IMG/VR virus record: IMGVR_UViG_3300037249_001405
Location: 96,001-160,000 of that record
Strand: one strand, 5' to 3'
Source: a virus
Taxonomy: Duplodnaviria > Caudoviricetes
Length of the DNA stretch: 64,000 bases
Shown here: positions 48,377-60,275 of the stretch, in pieces
How the letters are laid out: every line of letters begins with the position of its first letter
How positions within the stretch are numbered: position 1 is the first letter of the stretch
Notes under the pieces: model-generated
What the model saw: the letters and a program-made list of their open reading frames with translations, nothing else
What the model was told of the DNA's origin: nothing
The model's database searches: none
Program-made: the position numbers and the translations under genes

Positions 48377-48867
48377 TGTTAACGTTATCTGATATTCAAG
48401 GAATGTCTGAACAAGCAAGACAAGAAAAAGCTCAAGCTTGTTCAGTGAACTTAGTTCAGACTTATCACACGCTTGTTGATAAGCCGATTGATGATAGATT
48501 CAAGTCAATGTTTTCTGGAAAGAATACACTTCTAACTTATTTATTAACATTTAAGTTTGAAGTAAAGTCGGCTGAATCTAAGAAGATCCACAAGGTATTT
48601 ATTCAAGTAAACCCAGATTTTGATATAAAATATTGGGAAGGTAATAAGTGTAAAATAGCTTGTGATTGTGAAGACTTTAAGTATCACGCAGTATTCTATC
48701 TAAAGCAATATGATAGTTTATTTACTACTGATAAGTTGAAGGTAACTTATGCACAATCACTAAACAAAGCTCCTGCAAGTACGGCGTCTACAATTTCTTG
48801 TAAGCATTGTATTGCGGCATTGAATTACTTGATTAATAATTATCAACAATTAATGAGAACCCTTTAA
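48376..48867 (+). CDS. SWIM zinc-finger protein
   Basis: CDCEDF ... CKH. Confidence 0.75.
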   Translation: MLTLSDIQGMSEQARQEKAQACSVNLVQTYHTLVDKPIDDRFKSMFSGKNTLLTYLLTFKFEVKSAESKKIHKVFIQVNPDFDIKYWEGNKCKIACDCEDFKYHAVFYLKQYDSLFTTDKLKVTYAQSLNKAPASTASTISCKHCIAALNYLINNYQQLMRTL

Positions 48868-48883
48868 AAAAGTATACATAAAT

Positions 48884-51718
48884 ATGATCATTGGAATAGT
48901 TTCAGACATTCATATTCATGCATACCCAAACAGGAACCCTGAGAACAATCTTTATAGGTTGCTCCAGGGTTCTCGTCTTGTGTCTCAGAATATTATAGAA
49001 GTCTTTAAACAAAATGGATGTGAGGCAGTTATATTTGCCGGTGATATAGTTGAGAAATCAATTATACGTCCTTATGTTCAAGCGGAAATAAAATATTTTC
49101 TAGATACAATTATGTCCAATTTCAGAGGAGGTTGGATTATTTGGGGAAATCATGATTTGGATAGTAAGAGTGCAGTACAAACCGTAACGGATTCGGTTTT
49201 AGGTGTTATATTACCACCTAATTTGATATATGCACACCAACAGATTGTTAATATAAATGGAACAACCTTAGCATTTTCTAACTGGCAACCTGAGTTTGAT
49301 CTAAGTTGGATTCAAAACCCAGTAGATTTTCTTATAACCCATGCCAGAATAAATTATTCGAATGCTAGTAATTTCCAGCCACAACAGTTAGACGAAAGTA
49401 AATTTAATTTAGCTATATGTGGTGATATACATTATCCCGGTACAAAGGGGAAGTTTGTTTCTATAGGTGTTCCTCAAATGTGTAAATTATCAGATAGTCC
49501 TGACTCAACTGGAGTTATCTTGAACACAGATACAAAGGAATGGAAATGGGTTGATTTAAATCCTCACAAAAATCTTCTTAAATTTGTTAGCACAGATAAG
49601 CTAGATTGGGATAACAAATGGGATAAATCAACACTTACATACTACATTTATAGTAAACCTACTGTCATAGATCCTAATACAGGTATTAATGTTTCTGTGC
49701 CTGTATGGTCTGATATACAAGTCTTAATAGACTCTTCTATTGTTTCTAATAGTTTAGAAAACGTTCATAACGAAGTACTAAAATATATAGACAGGTTTGA
49801 TTATCAGGATGTGGATTTTAATTTTACATTAACTAAATTCTCCTGTAAAAATTGGAGAAGTATAGATGACTGTACTTTATATTTTGATGAAGGGGATAAA
49901 ATATTAATTCAAGGGGCTAACGGTAGCGGAAAAAGTAGTTTATTATCCGCTATTAAATACGCTTTTGTTGATGTTTCTGATACAAAGGGATTATCTTCTC
50001 TAAAGCCATTTATTCAATTTGGTACGAAAGATTGTTGGACAGAAGTAGAGTTTATTTACCAGAATAACATTTGTCGAATAAGGAGAGGTACAAAAGAATT
50101 TGGACTATGGATAAATAACGAACAAATGAAATATAATGATAAAAAATCATTTGAAGCAGATGTTCGTATGAGATTTCCGTTTATTAAATTTATGGATATA
50201 TTTTTCTTAGATGCTGACCATAATCAGCTTATAGGCAGTATGTCTGTAGAGAAAAAATCCCAAGTTATTTCTGGAGTATTAAAATTATCCAAAATTGACG
50301 TATATAATAATATAGCTGCTAATTTGCTTGATGGTGTGAAGAAAAATGGAACAGAATTAAATAACCAAATAAAGCAAATTAATAAAGTTCTTGAATTTAT
50401 TAATGATAAATTAGCTAGTCCAATGTATACTCAGTTACCCAGCATTAGTTATAATCAATTAGTAAATCTTAGAAATGAAGGATTGAAAATTGAACAAGAT
50501 AATAATGCGTGGGTGGAGTATCAAAAACTAGTACAGCCTCTTCAAGAAAAGGTTAATGTACTAAAGGCTGAATTAAAAAAGCTAAATGCTGAAAAGAAAA
50601 AATTCAGACCAGAAGTAGATATTAATAATGAAATTGCTAATTACCAGAATCAAATTAGTAATTTACAAAATCAAATTATTGAGTTAAGCAATTTAAAAAC
50701 CCAAATTGAGTACAAAGAGGCTGAACTTAATAAATTGAAAAACGAGGGAAACCAAGCATATATCGATGCTAATAATATAACAATGAATAGCAGATGTAAG
50801 ACTTGTGGTCAACCTATAACTACCTCTGATACTTTAATGGCTCATAAGAATGAGTTATTGAGAAAAGTAGAAGAAATTAGGCAGATTGTAGTACCTCTCT
50901 CTGAAGAAATCAATAATTTAAAAGCTAGTTGGGCACAATCAGAAAACATTTATAACCAGCTAACGAATAATATTAATGATTTCAATACTAAAATATCTGA
51001 ATTAAGAGCAGAACTTTTAAATCAAGGTAAGGTTGAAAAATCCCTTGAAAAGAATGATAAAGATTTAAAGAAGTGTCAGCAACAAATTCAGCAAATACCA
51101 GTAGTTAAACAGGTAGATCTTCCTGATGATTTCCGTGCTAAAATGGAAAAAATTAAGGATGATATTATAATCTGGGAAAACTATGAGGGTCTTGTTCAAG
51201 ATAAAACAAGAAATACTAATGATATTAACAATATCAAACAAGATCTTGATAAATTATCTGTTATAGCAAACGAATTAGAACGCTATATAAAATTAACAGG
51301 TCCTGCTGGTGATATTTATAGTGCTATTTTGAACAAATTAGCAAATGAATTTTCAGATAATCAGGTCAAGTATGAAGTTAGAAAGTACAACAATAGAGGA
51401 GAACATTTAAATCTAGAATCTATGTACTATAATAACGGAAACTGGGTTGATTATGAGGCATGTAGTAGTGGTCAAAAGACTGTTCTTGATGTTCACTTCC
51501 TCCAGAAAATTATACCACGAATTGGTGTATTAATTATGGATGAATTCTTTAAACATCTTGATCCAGAAAACCACGATGCTTGTATAGAAGCTTTAAGTAA
51601 TATGAATATTGGATGTACTATGATAAGTTCTCACATGGAATCTATAGCTGCTTTCAATAATAAATCATGTAAATTATCACTTAATGCGAGTGGTTTAACC
51701 CAAATAGAGTACAAGTAA
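48884..51718 (+). CDS. Fused Mre11/SbcD nuclease + Rad50/SbcC ATPase (gp47-gp46-like)
   Basis: SDIH, GD, GNHD, TH, GDIH phosphoesterase motifs; Walker A GANGSGKS; coiled coil with CKTC hook; SSGQ, MDE, HLD, SH. Confidence 0.9.
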   Translation: MIIGIVSDIHIHAYPNRNPENNLYRLLQGSRLVSQNIIEVFKQNGCEAVIFAGDIVEKSIIRPYVQAEIKYFLDTIMSNFRGGWIIWGNHDLDSKSAVQTVTDSVLGVILPPNLIYAHQQIVNINGTTLAFSNWQPEFDLSWIQNPVDFLITHARINYSNASNFQPQQLDESKFNLAICGDIHYPGTKGKFVSIGVPQMCKLSDSPDSTGVILNTDTKEWKWVDLNPHKNLLKFVSTDKLDWDNKWDKSTLTYYIYSKPTVIDPNTGINVSVPVWSDIQVLIDSSIVSNSLENVHNEVLKYIDRFDYQDVDFNFTLTKFSCKNWRSIDDCTLYFDEGDKILIQGANGSGKSSLLSAIKYAFVDVSDTKGLSSLKPFIQFGTKDCWTEVEFIYQNNICRIRRGTKEFGLWINNEQMKYNDKKSFEADVRMRFPFIKFMDIFFLDADHNQLIGSMSVEKKSQVISGVLKLSKIDVYNNIAANLLDGVKKNGTELNNQIKQINKVLEFINDKLASPMYTQLPSISYNQLVNLRNEGLKIEQDNNAWVEYQKLVQPLQEKVNVLKAELKKLNAEKKKFRPEVDINNEIANYQNQISNLQNQIIELSNLKTQIEYKEAELNKLKNEGNQAYIDANNITMNSRCKTCGQPITTSDTLMAHKNELLRKVEEIRQIVVPLSEEINNLKASWAQSENIYNQLTNNINDFNTKISELRAELLNQGKVEKSLEKNDKDLKKCQQQIQQIPVVKQVDLPDDFRAKMEKIKDDIIIWENYEGLVQDKTRNTNDINNIKQDLDKLSVIANELERYIKLTGPAGDIYSAILNKLANEFSDNQVKYEVRKYNNRGEHLNLESMYYNNGNWVDYEACSSGQKTVLDVHFLQKIIPRIGVLIMDEFFKHLDPENHDACIEALSNMNIGCTMISSHMESIAAFNNKSCKLSLNASGLTQIEYK

Positions 51719-51801
51719 AAAATATGATAACCAAGTAACTAAAATTACTTGGTTATCTTTTTATACCCATTAAATCCTAATAACTGAAATAAATTAACTA
51801 A

Positions 51802-53814
<2,013 letters not shown>

Positions 53815-53835
53815 TCGCTTGAGACTCTTATATAT

Positions 53836-53900
53836 GAAGAAATATTCAGAGCCAATTTTGGCCGCCCATGAACCGCAGTGATGCGCCGGGCGGCTTTTAT
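53836..53900 (+). terminator. GC-rich hairpin + T-run (ligA terminator and/or small RNA)
   Basis: GCCGCCC/GGGCGGC enclosing CGCA-GTGA-TGCG; preceded by CTTA-TATAT-G. Confidence 0.55.
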
Positions 53901-53914
53901 TTTTTTTTTTCTTT

Positions 53915-53990
53915 CCTTCAAACCCTTATTTATGAAGAAAGTATAAATGTAATTATATTTTCTTCAATTTATTTTTCAAGATATTAATTA
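53915..53990 (+). promoter_or_regulatory. Leader cassette, copy 8
   Basis: CTTA-TTTAT-G; GAAGAAAGTATAA/TTATATTTTCTTC; TTTATTTTTCAAGATATTAAT. Confidence 0.8.
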
Positions 53991-54008
53991 AGTAAAAAAC
54001 TATTTATT

Positions 54009-54611
54009 ATGGCAGAAAAAATATTAAATGAGGAAGAACTTCCCTTCCCCAAATTCATGAAGAATGCTGTTTTCGGTGAACAGTTTCTCATGAAAGAACC
54101 TTACTACGGGGTAGCCACATACCTTGAGTCTGTAGTAAGGCACGGGTATTACACATTTAGGTTTGCACCTGTCTATGTAGACCCTTTTAGAGAACGGATT
54201 AGTAGAGGATTTATAACCGATTTCGTAACGAAATCAGAAAAAGAAATCCTTATTAATCCGGATCACGGACAAGAAATAATTGGAAAATTGAATGGTACGT
54301 TCAATTTTCAGAAAATGTATGAGCTTCACGCCATTAGTGTCATTCTGAGCAACCATACGGATTGCCTAGACAGGACCGAAACTGACGTGGAAATACATGG
54401 CTTCTTTTCTCACATCCGACCCGAAATTCTCGGAGTTCTTGAGAAAAAGAGCAAACTGGCTAAAGAATTTATAGCCAGACTTTCTGAAAGAGAAAGAAAT
54501 TGCTGCTTCAGCAGACAAGACGCTGAATGGAAAGCCTTTAGCAGTGTAGACTGGAAGAAGGAACTCCAGAACTGTGGCTTAGATCTTTCAGAATATTTAA
54601 CTATCTTTTAA
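54009..54611 (+). CDS. Hypothetical protein
   Basis: 200-aa ORF behind leader cassette. Confidence 0.8.
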   Translation: MAEKILNEEELPFPKFMKNAVFGEQFLMKEPYYGVATYLESVVRHGYYTFRFAPVYVDPFRERISRGFITDFVTKSEKEILINPDHGQEIIGKLNGTFNFQKMYELHAISVILSNHTDCLDRTETDVEIHGFFSHIRPEILGVLEKKSKLAKEFIARLSERERNCCFSRQDAEWKAFSSVDWKKELQNCGLDLSEYLTIF

Positions 54612-54623
54612 ACTGACATAAGA

Positions 54624-55016
54624 ATGAAAAGTTTAAAAAAGTACAACCGAAAAAACCCTTGGCTTGAGGTAGGTCAGGGTGAATACACGGTATTCAGAAA
54701 TTACGTAAAATTTGCGGAAAATGATGCCGATGATTTTTATGGATATTCAGTAAATCCATTTTACTGTTATATTCTGCCTTTAACAAAATTTAAGACTCCT
54801 TACTGGAATACAACACATTTTTGTATTTCTAGTGTAGATGATTGGGGTATTCATGCCACATTCAATTACGCTATGACCAGAGAGGAAGCTACGAAACTTT
54901 GTAGGGAGTTCATTAGAAGTTTCAAAAGAACCTCTAGAAGTTTCGGTGGTCTTACACAAGACCACTTTGAAGAATTCTTCAGAGAAAAAGGAGCTGATGA
55001 GATATCCCGAGGGTAG
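54624..55016 (+). CDS. Hypothetical protein
   Basis: 130-aa ORF. Confidence 0.75.
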   Translation: MKSLKKYNRKNPWLEVGQGEYTVFRNYVKFAENDADDFYGYSVNPFYCYILPLTKFKTPYWNTTHFCISSVDDWGIHATFNYAMTREEATKLCREFIRSFKRTSRSFGGLTQDHFEEFFREKGADEISRG

Positions 55017-55035
55017 TCTCATCAGTCATTAAGAT

Positions 55036-55250
55036 AAAACCTCACGTAATCGGTTGAAAGTCCTATATGGATACCCCGGTTCGAACCCGATGAAAACTTG
55101 CACGTAACCCCAGGCGTGTATTGTAAGTAGTTCCGAGTCCCTGAAAAAAGGAGGGCTGCGTCGTGTGAAAAGGACAGTCAGTGAGAAACTCTCACTGGTG
55201 CGGCGTGGCTAGAGATAGTTGGTAAATTCGGGCTGATCTATGTGAGTTTT
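55036..55250 (+). ncRNA. raiA-motif-like structured RNA (~215 nt)
   Basis: Closing helices CTCACGTA/TATGTGAG and ATCGGTT/GGCTGAT; GGTTGAAAGTC, AAAAC, CACGTAA, AGTCC, GAAAC occur in the order recalled for the raiA motif. Confidence 0.6.
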
Positions 55251-55338
55251 TTAAGAAAAAAAAAATAAAGACATTTAATCTAAAATTAATTAGGTTATTT
55301 GTCTTTATTTTTTTTTTTATTTTTCTGGTCTATTTTTA

Positions 55339-57057
55339 TTAGAGAAAACTTCTGTCTTTAGACCAGAATATATTTATTGATGGGGTGGTGTTAATATCCA
55401 CCTTATCACAATCCAAATTATAAATCCAGAAGTCTCCGTTAACTAAGTTGATTAATGGAGAATTCTCAGATTTATCGAGAACCACCCGAGAAAGCGGAAT
55501 AGAAAGTTGAGGTTCTCTATCTACGCTGATTTTTTCAGCGGGGTAGATATAGAAAGCTCCGGTAGGAATGGTAAGATCTTTTACATCATCCTTATGAAGG
55601 ATGGTCGGTACAATCCGATCCATCAGAGCTTTTTTCTGCTCTTCGGCTTCTTTATGATTGTAAAAAGCCTCCTCACGGCAATAATCAGCGCTACCAATTC
55701 TTTGGGAGACTCTTGAGATTACATCACTTACAAGAAGGTTATAAACTACCTCGTAAGTGATATAAACTTTATCAGTAAACATTGTTTCCAAGGTTTTTCT
55801 GATATTTACGTCAGAAGATTTCTCAACGTAACTATCCTTCAAAGCAAGGATAGGTTTATCTACATGGAGCTTCTTACCAATAATAGACTTCATGTAGGTA
55901 GTGAGATAGTATGGCTTAAGGTAGCTGTAGCCACCGTCATCACACAACTCATTTAAATCACTGACGGTGATCTTATCTTGTCCGCCAAGTAATTTAATTA
56001 ATCTTTTAGCTTTTTCAGGCATGTTGTAGTCTTCAAAAGCTTTCTCAATGATTTCATAGTATTTTTCCAGATAGTTTATTTCAGTACCGTCCGGCATTGT
56101 TGTTACCATAGAATCATCAATAAACTTAGGTTTATCCTCGTATTCACCAGTGTCCTTGTAAACGGAAGAACTGATAAACCAGAAATAAACTGTAATATTC
56201 TTGAGCGTAGTGTTATTTTTTACCACGAAATAGTGGTAATCAACATCGCTACTATTCTCATCTTCGTCTTCGTTAATGACACCTGCTCTTATAACAAGCA
56301 TATTGCCATTAGCAAATTTGATATTATACACCTCTCTCGAGAGGTTATCGTACTTTGTTATAAAAGAAGGTATTCCCATCATCTCAGGAGAACCATTCTC
56401 GTCTTTGCCAGTTGAAAGAACTAACTCATCAACGAATTTAACAAGTTCACCAGTTTTCATGTTAATACCTACTTTTATATCATAAGAATCATCCTCGTAA
56501 CAATGATCATCATAGTCGCAGAGATAACATTCAGGTTCTTCTATACCGAAGAAATTGTAACGAAGCGTTTTGCTGCTTGTTTCAAAATTATCCTCCGTTA
56601 CAGATTTTATGATATAGTAATCATCTGTCTTAAAGTTACAGATAAGCTTAGGACACCCATTTTCAGTGTTGCTAAGGTCTATAACTGTAAGACTGTTATC
56701 ATCCCTGAGGATATAAAATTCGTTCCACCTGAATGGATCAAAGTTAATATCCTGTATAGTTCTGAAAAATTCGGTTACCGAATTCTCGCTTACTTTGTAA
56801 TTTACATCACAAAGATAATTTATCGATTCAAATAAGAGATGCTCTTTCAAATATCCCTCATTTGTTTGGGAATCGAATCCTTTTTCGATTCTTTTGATAA
56901 TACATTTCAAAATTTTCTGAAACGTATTAACAAAGCTTTTATTGTTCCTCTTTGAAGGAAATTCAACGGAACAATAAAATTCAATGAGATCTGCTTTCTG
57001 CAAATCAACATTAAGACCCTCCTCAACAGGCTTGGGTCTTTTCAAAAGAAATTCCAT
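55339..57057 (-). CDS. Hypothetical protein (572 aa)
   Basis: Long ORF behind leader cassette. Confidence 0.85.
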   Translation of the reverse strand: MEFLLKRPKPVEEGLNVDLQKADLIEFYCSVEFPSKRNNKSFVNTFQKILKCIIKRIEKGFDSQTNEGYLKEHLLFESINYLCDVNYKVSENSVTEFFRTIQDINFDPFRWNEFYILRDDNSLTVIDLSNTENGCPKLICNFKTDDYYIIKSVTEDNFETSSKTLRYNFFGIEEPECYLCDYDDHCYEDDSYDIKVGINMKTGELVKFVDELVLSTGKDENGSPEMMGIPSFITKYDNLSREVYNIKFANGNMLVIRAGVINEDEDENSSDVDYHYFVVKNNTTLKNITVYFWFISSSVYKDTGEYEDKPKFIDDSMVTTMPDGTEINYLEKYYEIIEKAFEDYNMPEKAKRLIKLLGGQDKITVSDLNELCDDGGYSYLKPYYLTTYMKSIIGKKLHVDKPILALKDSYVEKSSDVNIRKTLETMFTDKVYITYEVVYNLLVSDVISRVSQRIGSADYCREEAFYNHKEAEEQKKALMDRIVPTILHKDDVKDLTIPTGAFYIYPAEKISVDREPQLSIPLSRVVLDKSENSPLINLVNGDFWIYNLDCDKVDINTTPSINIFWSKDRSFL

Positions 57058-57076
57058 AATAAAGTAGTTTTTATGT

Positions 57077-57158
57077 GTTAATAAATCGTGAAAAATAAAA
57101 AGAAGAAAATATAGACTCTTTACATCTATATTTTCTTCATATATAAGAGTTTAAAGGA
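57077..57158 (-). promoter_or_regulatory. Leader cassette, copy 9
   Basis: CTTA-TATAT-G; same stem as copy 7 with a different loop; TTTTTATTTTTCACGATTTATTAAC. Confidence 0.8.
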
Positions 57159-57167
57159 ATTAGAATA

Positions 57168-58706
57168 TTAATTGTTTTTCTCCATTCCCTCTTTATCCTT
57201 CCAATTAATGGCAGGATAATATCTTTCTATTTCATTTACTGTATTACCAAAGATCACATCTTCTATCTCGAGTGTATCTTTGTATGCCATAGGTGACTCA
57301 TCGATGGTCTTTTTTGTTACTGATGTAGTCACAATACCCTCCATCTCTTTCTCGAATGAAGACATGGAGAACTTAAGAATTTCATTAATCTCGTCATCTG
57401 AGAGATTACCAAAATCCTTTTCATACTTAGCCAATATGGTTAAGTTCTCATCGGAGAAGTCCAAATCAGATTCGTACTCCTCCTTTAATTTGAGGTATTC
57501 TTGGAGTTGTTCTGCCAACTCCAACCTCCTGTCGGCTTCCTTTCTGGACATGATACGTCCGGCACCATGTGGCGCCGAATTACCCCATTCAGGATTACCT
57601 AGACCTTCAGCTATTACAACACCATCCTTCATTGAGAACGGGATAATAACTATTTCGCCCTGTCTTGCTCTGATAGAAGACTTCCTCAATGTTCTATCCT
57701 CAAGATCAACGAAATTATGTGTAGTAAATATAGTATCAACAACGCGGACACTATACTTACTTAAAATATCCGTTATGATCTTTTGAACAGTTATGTGATT
57801 GTACCTTGCATAAAGCTGTGCAAAGCACATATCCTGGAGATAACCTTTCATATTATCTCCCTTCAGATAACCATTCATGAATCCTTCTTCAAGCTTCTCG
57901 AACTCTGCCGAGAGATACTTGTTTAATTCATCCTTAAAGAACTTCATGTCCTTTCCTTCGGCCTTATATTTAGCCTTGAAAGAATCAGTAAGTTCCTTTT
58001 CTTTCTCTTTCCTTTCTTTCTTAGAAAGAGGGTTATTTGAAATGTTCTTCCAGTAAGTAGCTACAGCAAGACCAAATCTTCTTGATCCAAAGTGAAGGAA
58101 GAAAGCAGCTTTCTTCTTATCCTTTGTCAAATCATACTCCAGAAAGTGGTTTCCGCCACCTACTGTTCCGAGTGATTTCCAAAAGACACCTGGATCAAAG
58201 TTATTAATACGTTTAAGAAACGCATTAATCCAGTCTTCCGATACACGTACAGGAAGATCACCTAACATTTCAGGCCAAAGTTGCCTGTATTTGTTAAATT
58301 CCTTTGTTATGAATTTACAAAATTCATCAGTTTTCACCTTTGAATTTTCATGAAGGTGAAATCCCATAGGTACCTGTTGAGATACCTTATGTTCAAACTC
58401 GATAAGCTTGTCTTCAGAGACAGGTTTATCGAGAATCATACCAGATACAGTACAACCTATATCTACTCCGATGTGGAGTGGGTTAATATAGTTGCCAATA
58501 GTTGCAGAAAGGCCACAAGGACCTGCTGCACCTACGTGAGCATCTGCCATAAGATAAACCGATTGGCCCTCAAAGGCTTTCGAGTTTATGATGTCGTCAA
58601 CCTGTTCCAGCACACCTGGGTCATAGGTCCTTATATACGCTTTACAAGTAGCGTATTTTCCCTTTTTTACGAGAGGGAGGGGACCATCGTAATATAAATT
58701 TGCCAT
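57168..58706 (-). CDS. rtcB: RtcB RNA ligase
   Basis: DAHVG, GVDIGC, LGTVGGGNHF, HFGSR, HNF, SAPHGAGR, DESPMAYK. Confidence 0.93.
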   Translation of the reverse strand: MANLYYDGPLPLVKKGKYATCKAYIRTYDPGVLEQVDDIINSKAFEGQSVYLMADAHVGAAGPCGLSATIGNYINPLHIGVDIGCTVSGMILDKPVSEDKLIEFEHKVSQQVPMGFHLHENSKVKTDEFCKFITKEFNKYRQLWPEMLGDLPVRVSEDWINAFLKRINNFDPGVFWKSLGTVGGGNHFLEYDLTKDKKKAAFFLHFGSRRFGLAVATYWKNISNNPLSKKERKEKEKELTDSFKAKYKAEGKDMKFFKDELNKYLSAEFEKLEEGFMNGYLKGDNMKGYLQDMCFAQLYARYNHITVQKIITDILSKYSVRVVDTIFTTHNFVDLEDRTLRKSSIRARQGEIVIIPFSMKDGVVIAEGLGNPEWGNSAPHGAGRIMSRKEADRRLELAEQLQEYLKLKEEYESDLDFSDENLTILAKYEKDFGNLSDDEINEILKFSMSSFEKEMEGIVTTSVTKKTIDESPMAYKDTLEIEDVIFGNTVNEIERYYPAINWKDKEGMEKNN

Positions 58707-58708
58707 TA

Positions 58709-59152
58709 TTATATGGATGAATTAATAAACTCAACAATTTCGTCATAAGAATTGTTTTGCCAAAACTTCCTGACGTTCTCAAACGAAATATTCATCTTAT
58801 TACCATATTCATCGTAATAAGTCATTTCAATTTTGACAACCGAAGGACATGGTTCATAATCAGTCTGATAAGTACGAATTATGAAACCAGCTTCATCAAG
58901 GATATCGATAATATCATCAATATCTTCGTTTTCGTCCACATGACAGCCGAACTTAGGCTCGTCACCGTTATATGGGGTTGTAATATAAGCTAATACGTAA
59001 ATTAGCTTATCATTACCAAAGAATTCCTCAGGATTGATTTCGAATTCTTTTGTGATATAATCTGCATCACCCTGATCCCAAGTGTTTTTGACCAAGATGA
59101 CATTTTTGCGTTCCTTGTTAGCTGAAGGAACCAGTAGAATGTGTTTATCCAT
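58709..59152 (-). CDS. Hypothetical protein, paralog family with 28611 and 61242
   Basis: WDQGDAD...EEFF.NDKLIYVLAYITTP...SVV. Confidence 0.8.
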   Translation of the reverse strand: MDKHILLVPSANKERKNVILVKNTWDQGDADYITKEFEINPEEFFGNDKLIYVLAYITTPYNGDEPKFGCHVDENEDIDDIIDILDEAGFIIRTYQTDYEPCPSVVKIEMTYYDEYGNKMNISFENVRKFWQNNSYDEIVEFINSSI

Positions 59153-59173
59153 AATAAATATTTTATTTAAAAA

Positions 59174-59227
59174 ATTAATATCTAGAAAAATAAAAAGAGA
59201 GTATAAAGCGGGATGCTTTATACTCTC
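59174..59227 (-). promoter_or_regulatory. Leader cassette, copy 10 (hairpin + U-box, no promoter of its own)
   Basis: GAGAGTATAAAGC/GCTTTATACTCTC; TTTTTATTTTTCTAGATATTAAT. Confidence 0.7.
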
Positions 59228-59275
59228 GAGAAACAGAAAACAAAAATCAACCCAATAAATAAATTATGTCTTGAG

Positions 59276-59352
59276 TAATAATGGTTTAGAAAAATAAAAG
59301 ATAATATAAACTTTTTATCGTTTATATTATCTTCATGTATTAGGTTTTAATT
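59276..59352 (-). promoter_or_regulatory. Leader cassette, copy 11
   Basis: CTAA-TACAT-G; AAGATAATATAAAC/GTTTATATTATCTT; TTATTTTTCTAAACCATTATT. Confidence 0.7.
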
Positions 59353-60174
59353 GCTTTTCTTCCGTAAATTTTCTTGAATCTTTTTCCACACTTCAGGGCT
59401 ACATCCGGTATTTAAATTCGGAGGATCATAATCAATAAAAGAGTTATAAGTATCCTGTCCGAGTTTTGCCTCATCATGATAATGTTCAAGCATAGATGCT
59501 TTCTTACCATTAACTGTATATTTTTTCTTAGTAAGCTCTTCTGTCGGTATTCCTGATTTTAACCAAGCATTCATAACTTGACTCCTATTACCAGATTTTT
59601 CATATTGAAGTAAGTAATTAGAATAATCTAAAATCTCATTAGGGTTTCTTAAATTAACAGCATCACCTTGTTTTAATTGATCTTCAAACTTCTTTCCATT
59701 AAAGTGCTTTCTAAAATCAACTAAATCTTTTTCATTTCGAGCTTCTAGGTGATCATATGCATGACCGGCTTCATGAGCAGCATCTGATCCAGAAACTTTA
59801 GGTAAGAGTATACCCTTAACTTTTCGTTTTGCTCCATCTAGGTATGACAATGTGATAGGAGCTGATACTTTTGGTGATGCAACCGTAGTTATTCCATCCT
59901 TACGAAGAGACTTTATAACTCCATGCCCAATATCTCTATCTTCTAGTATAGCATCTAAATCACCGTTCTCCTTACCAATTAAATAATCATTATATCTATT
60001 AACGGAGCTCAATGATCTGTTGTCTTGCTTTCTCCTAAGATCTCTATAAAAATCAGCCTTCTCATTCTTTATAAGTTTTCTGAAAATAAGATTTAATTCC
60101 TGATTTTTTTTCAATTTCCTTACACGATCGGCATGAGAAGCTATTCCATATAAATTTGTTCTATATATAATCAT
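59347..60174 (-). CDS. HExxH-containing basic protein (start MIIYRTNLYG), possible virion protein
   Basis: AAHEAGHAYDH; ATG 60174 preferred to the track's upstream start. Confidence 0.65.
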   Translation of the reverse strand: MIIYRTNLYGIASHADRVRKLKKNQELNLIFRKLIKNEKADFYRDLRRKQDNRSLSSVNRYNDYLIGKENGDLDAILEDRDIGHGVIKSLRKDGITTVASPKVSAPITLSYLDGAKRKVKGILLPKVSGSDAAHEAGHAYDHLEARNEKDLVDFRKHFNGKKFEDQLKQGDAVNLRNPNEILDYSNYLLQYEKSGNRSQVMNAWLKSGIPTEELTKKKYTVNGKKASMLEHYHDEAKLGQDTYNSFIDYDPPNLNTGCSPEVWKKIQENLRKKSN

Positions 60175-60275
60175 AATAAATAATCTTCTTTTACATATAA
60201 GATAAAAGGAGAAAAAAGAAAGAAACACATATATCTAATTTTTTGTATTTTAGATATATGTGTTTTATATTTTGA

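Noticed and set aside
55507-58993. Multiple plus-strand ORFs opposite the 572-aa gene, rtcB and 58709
   Set aside because: Antisense shadows of longer genes with recognisable motifs; the same applies to similar short antisense ORFs elsewhere
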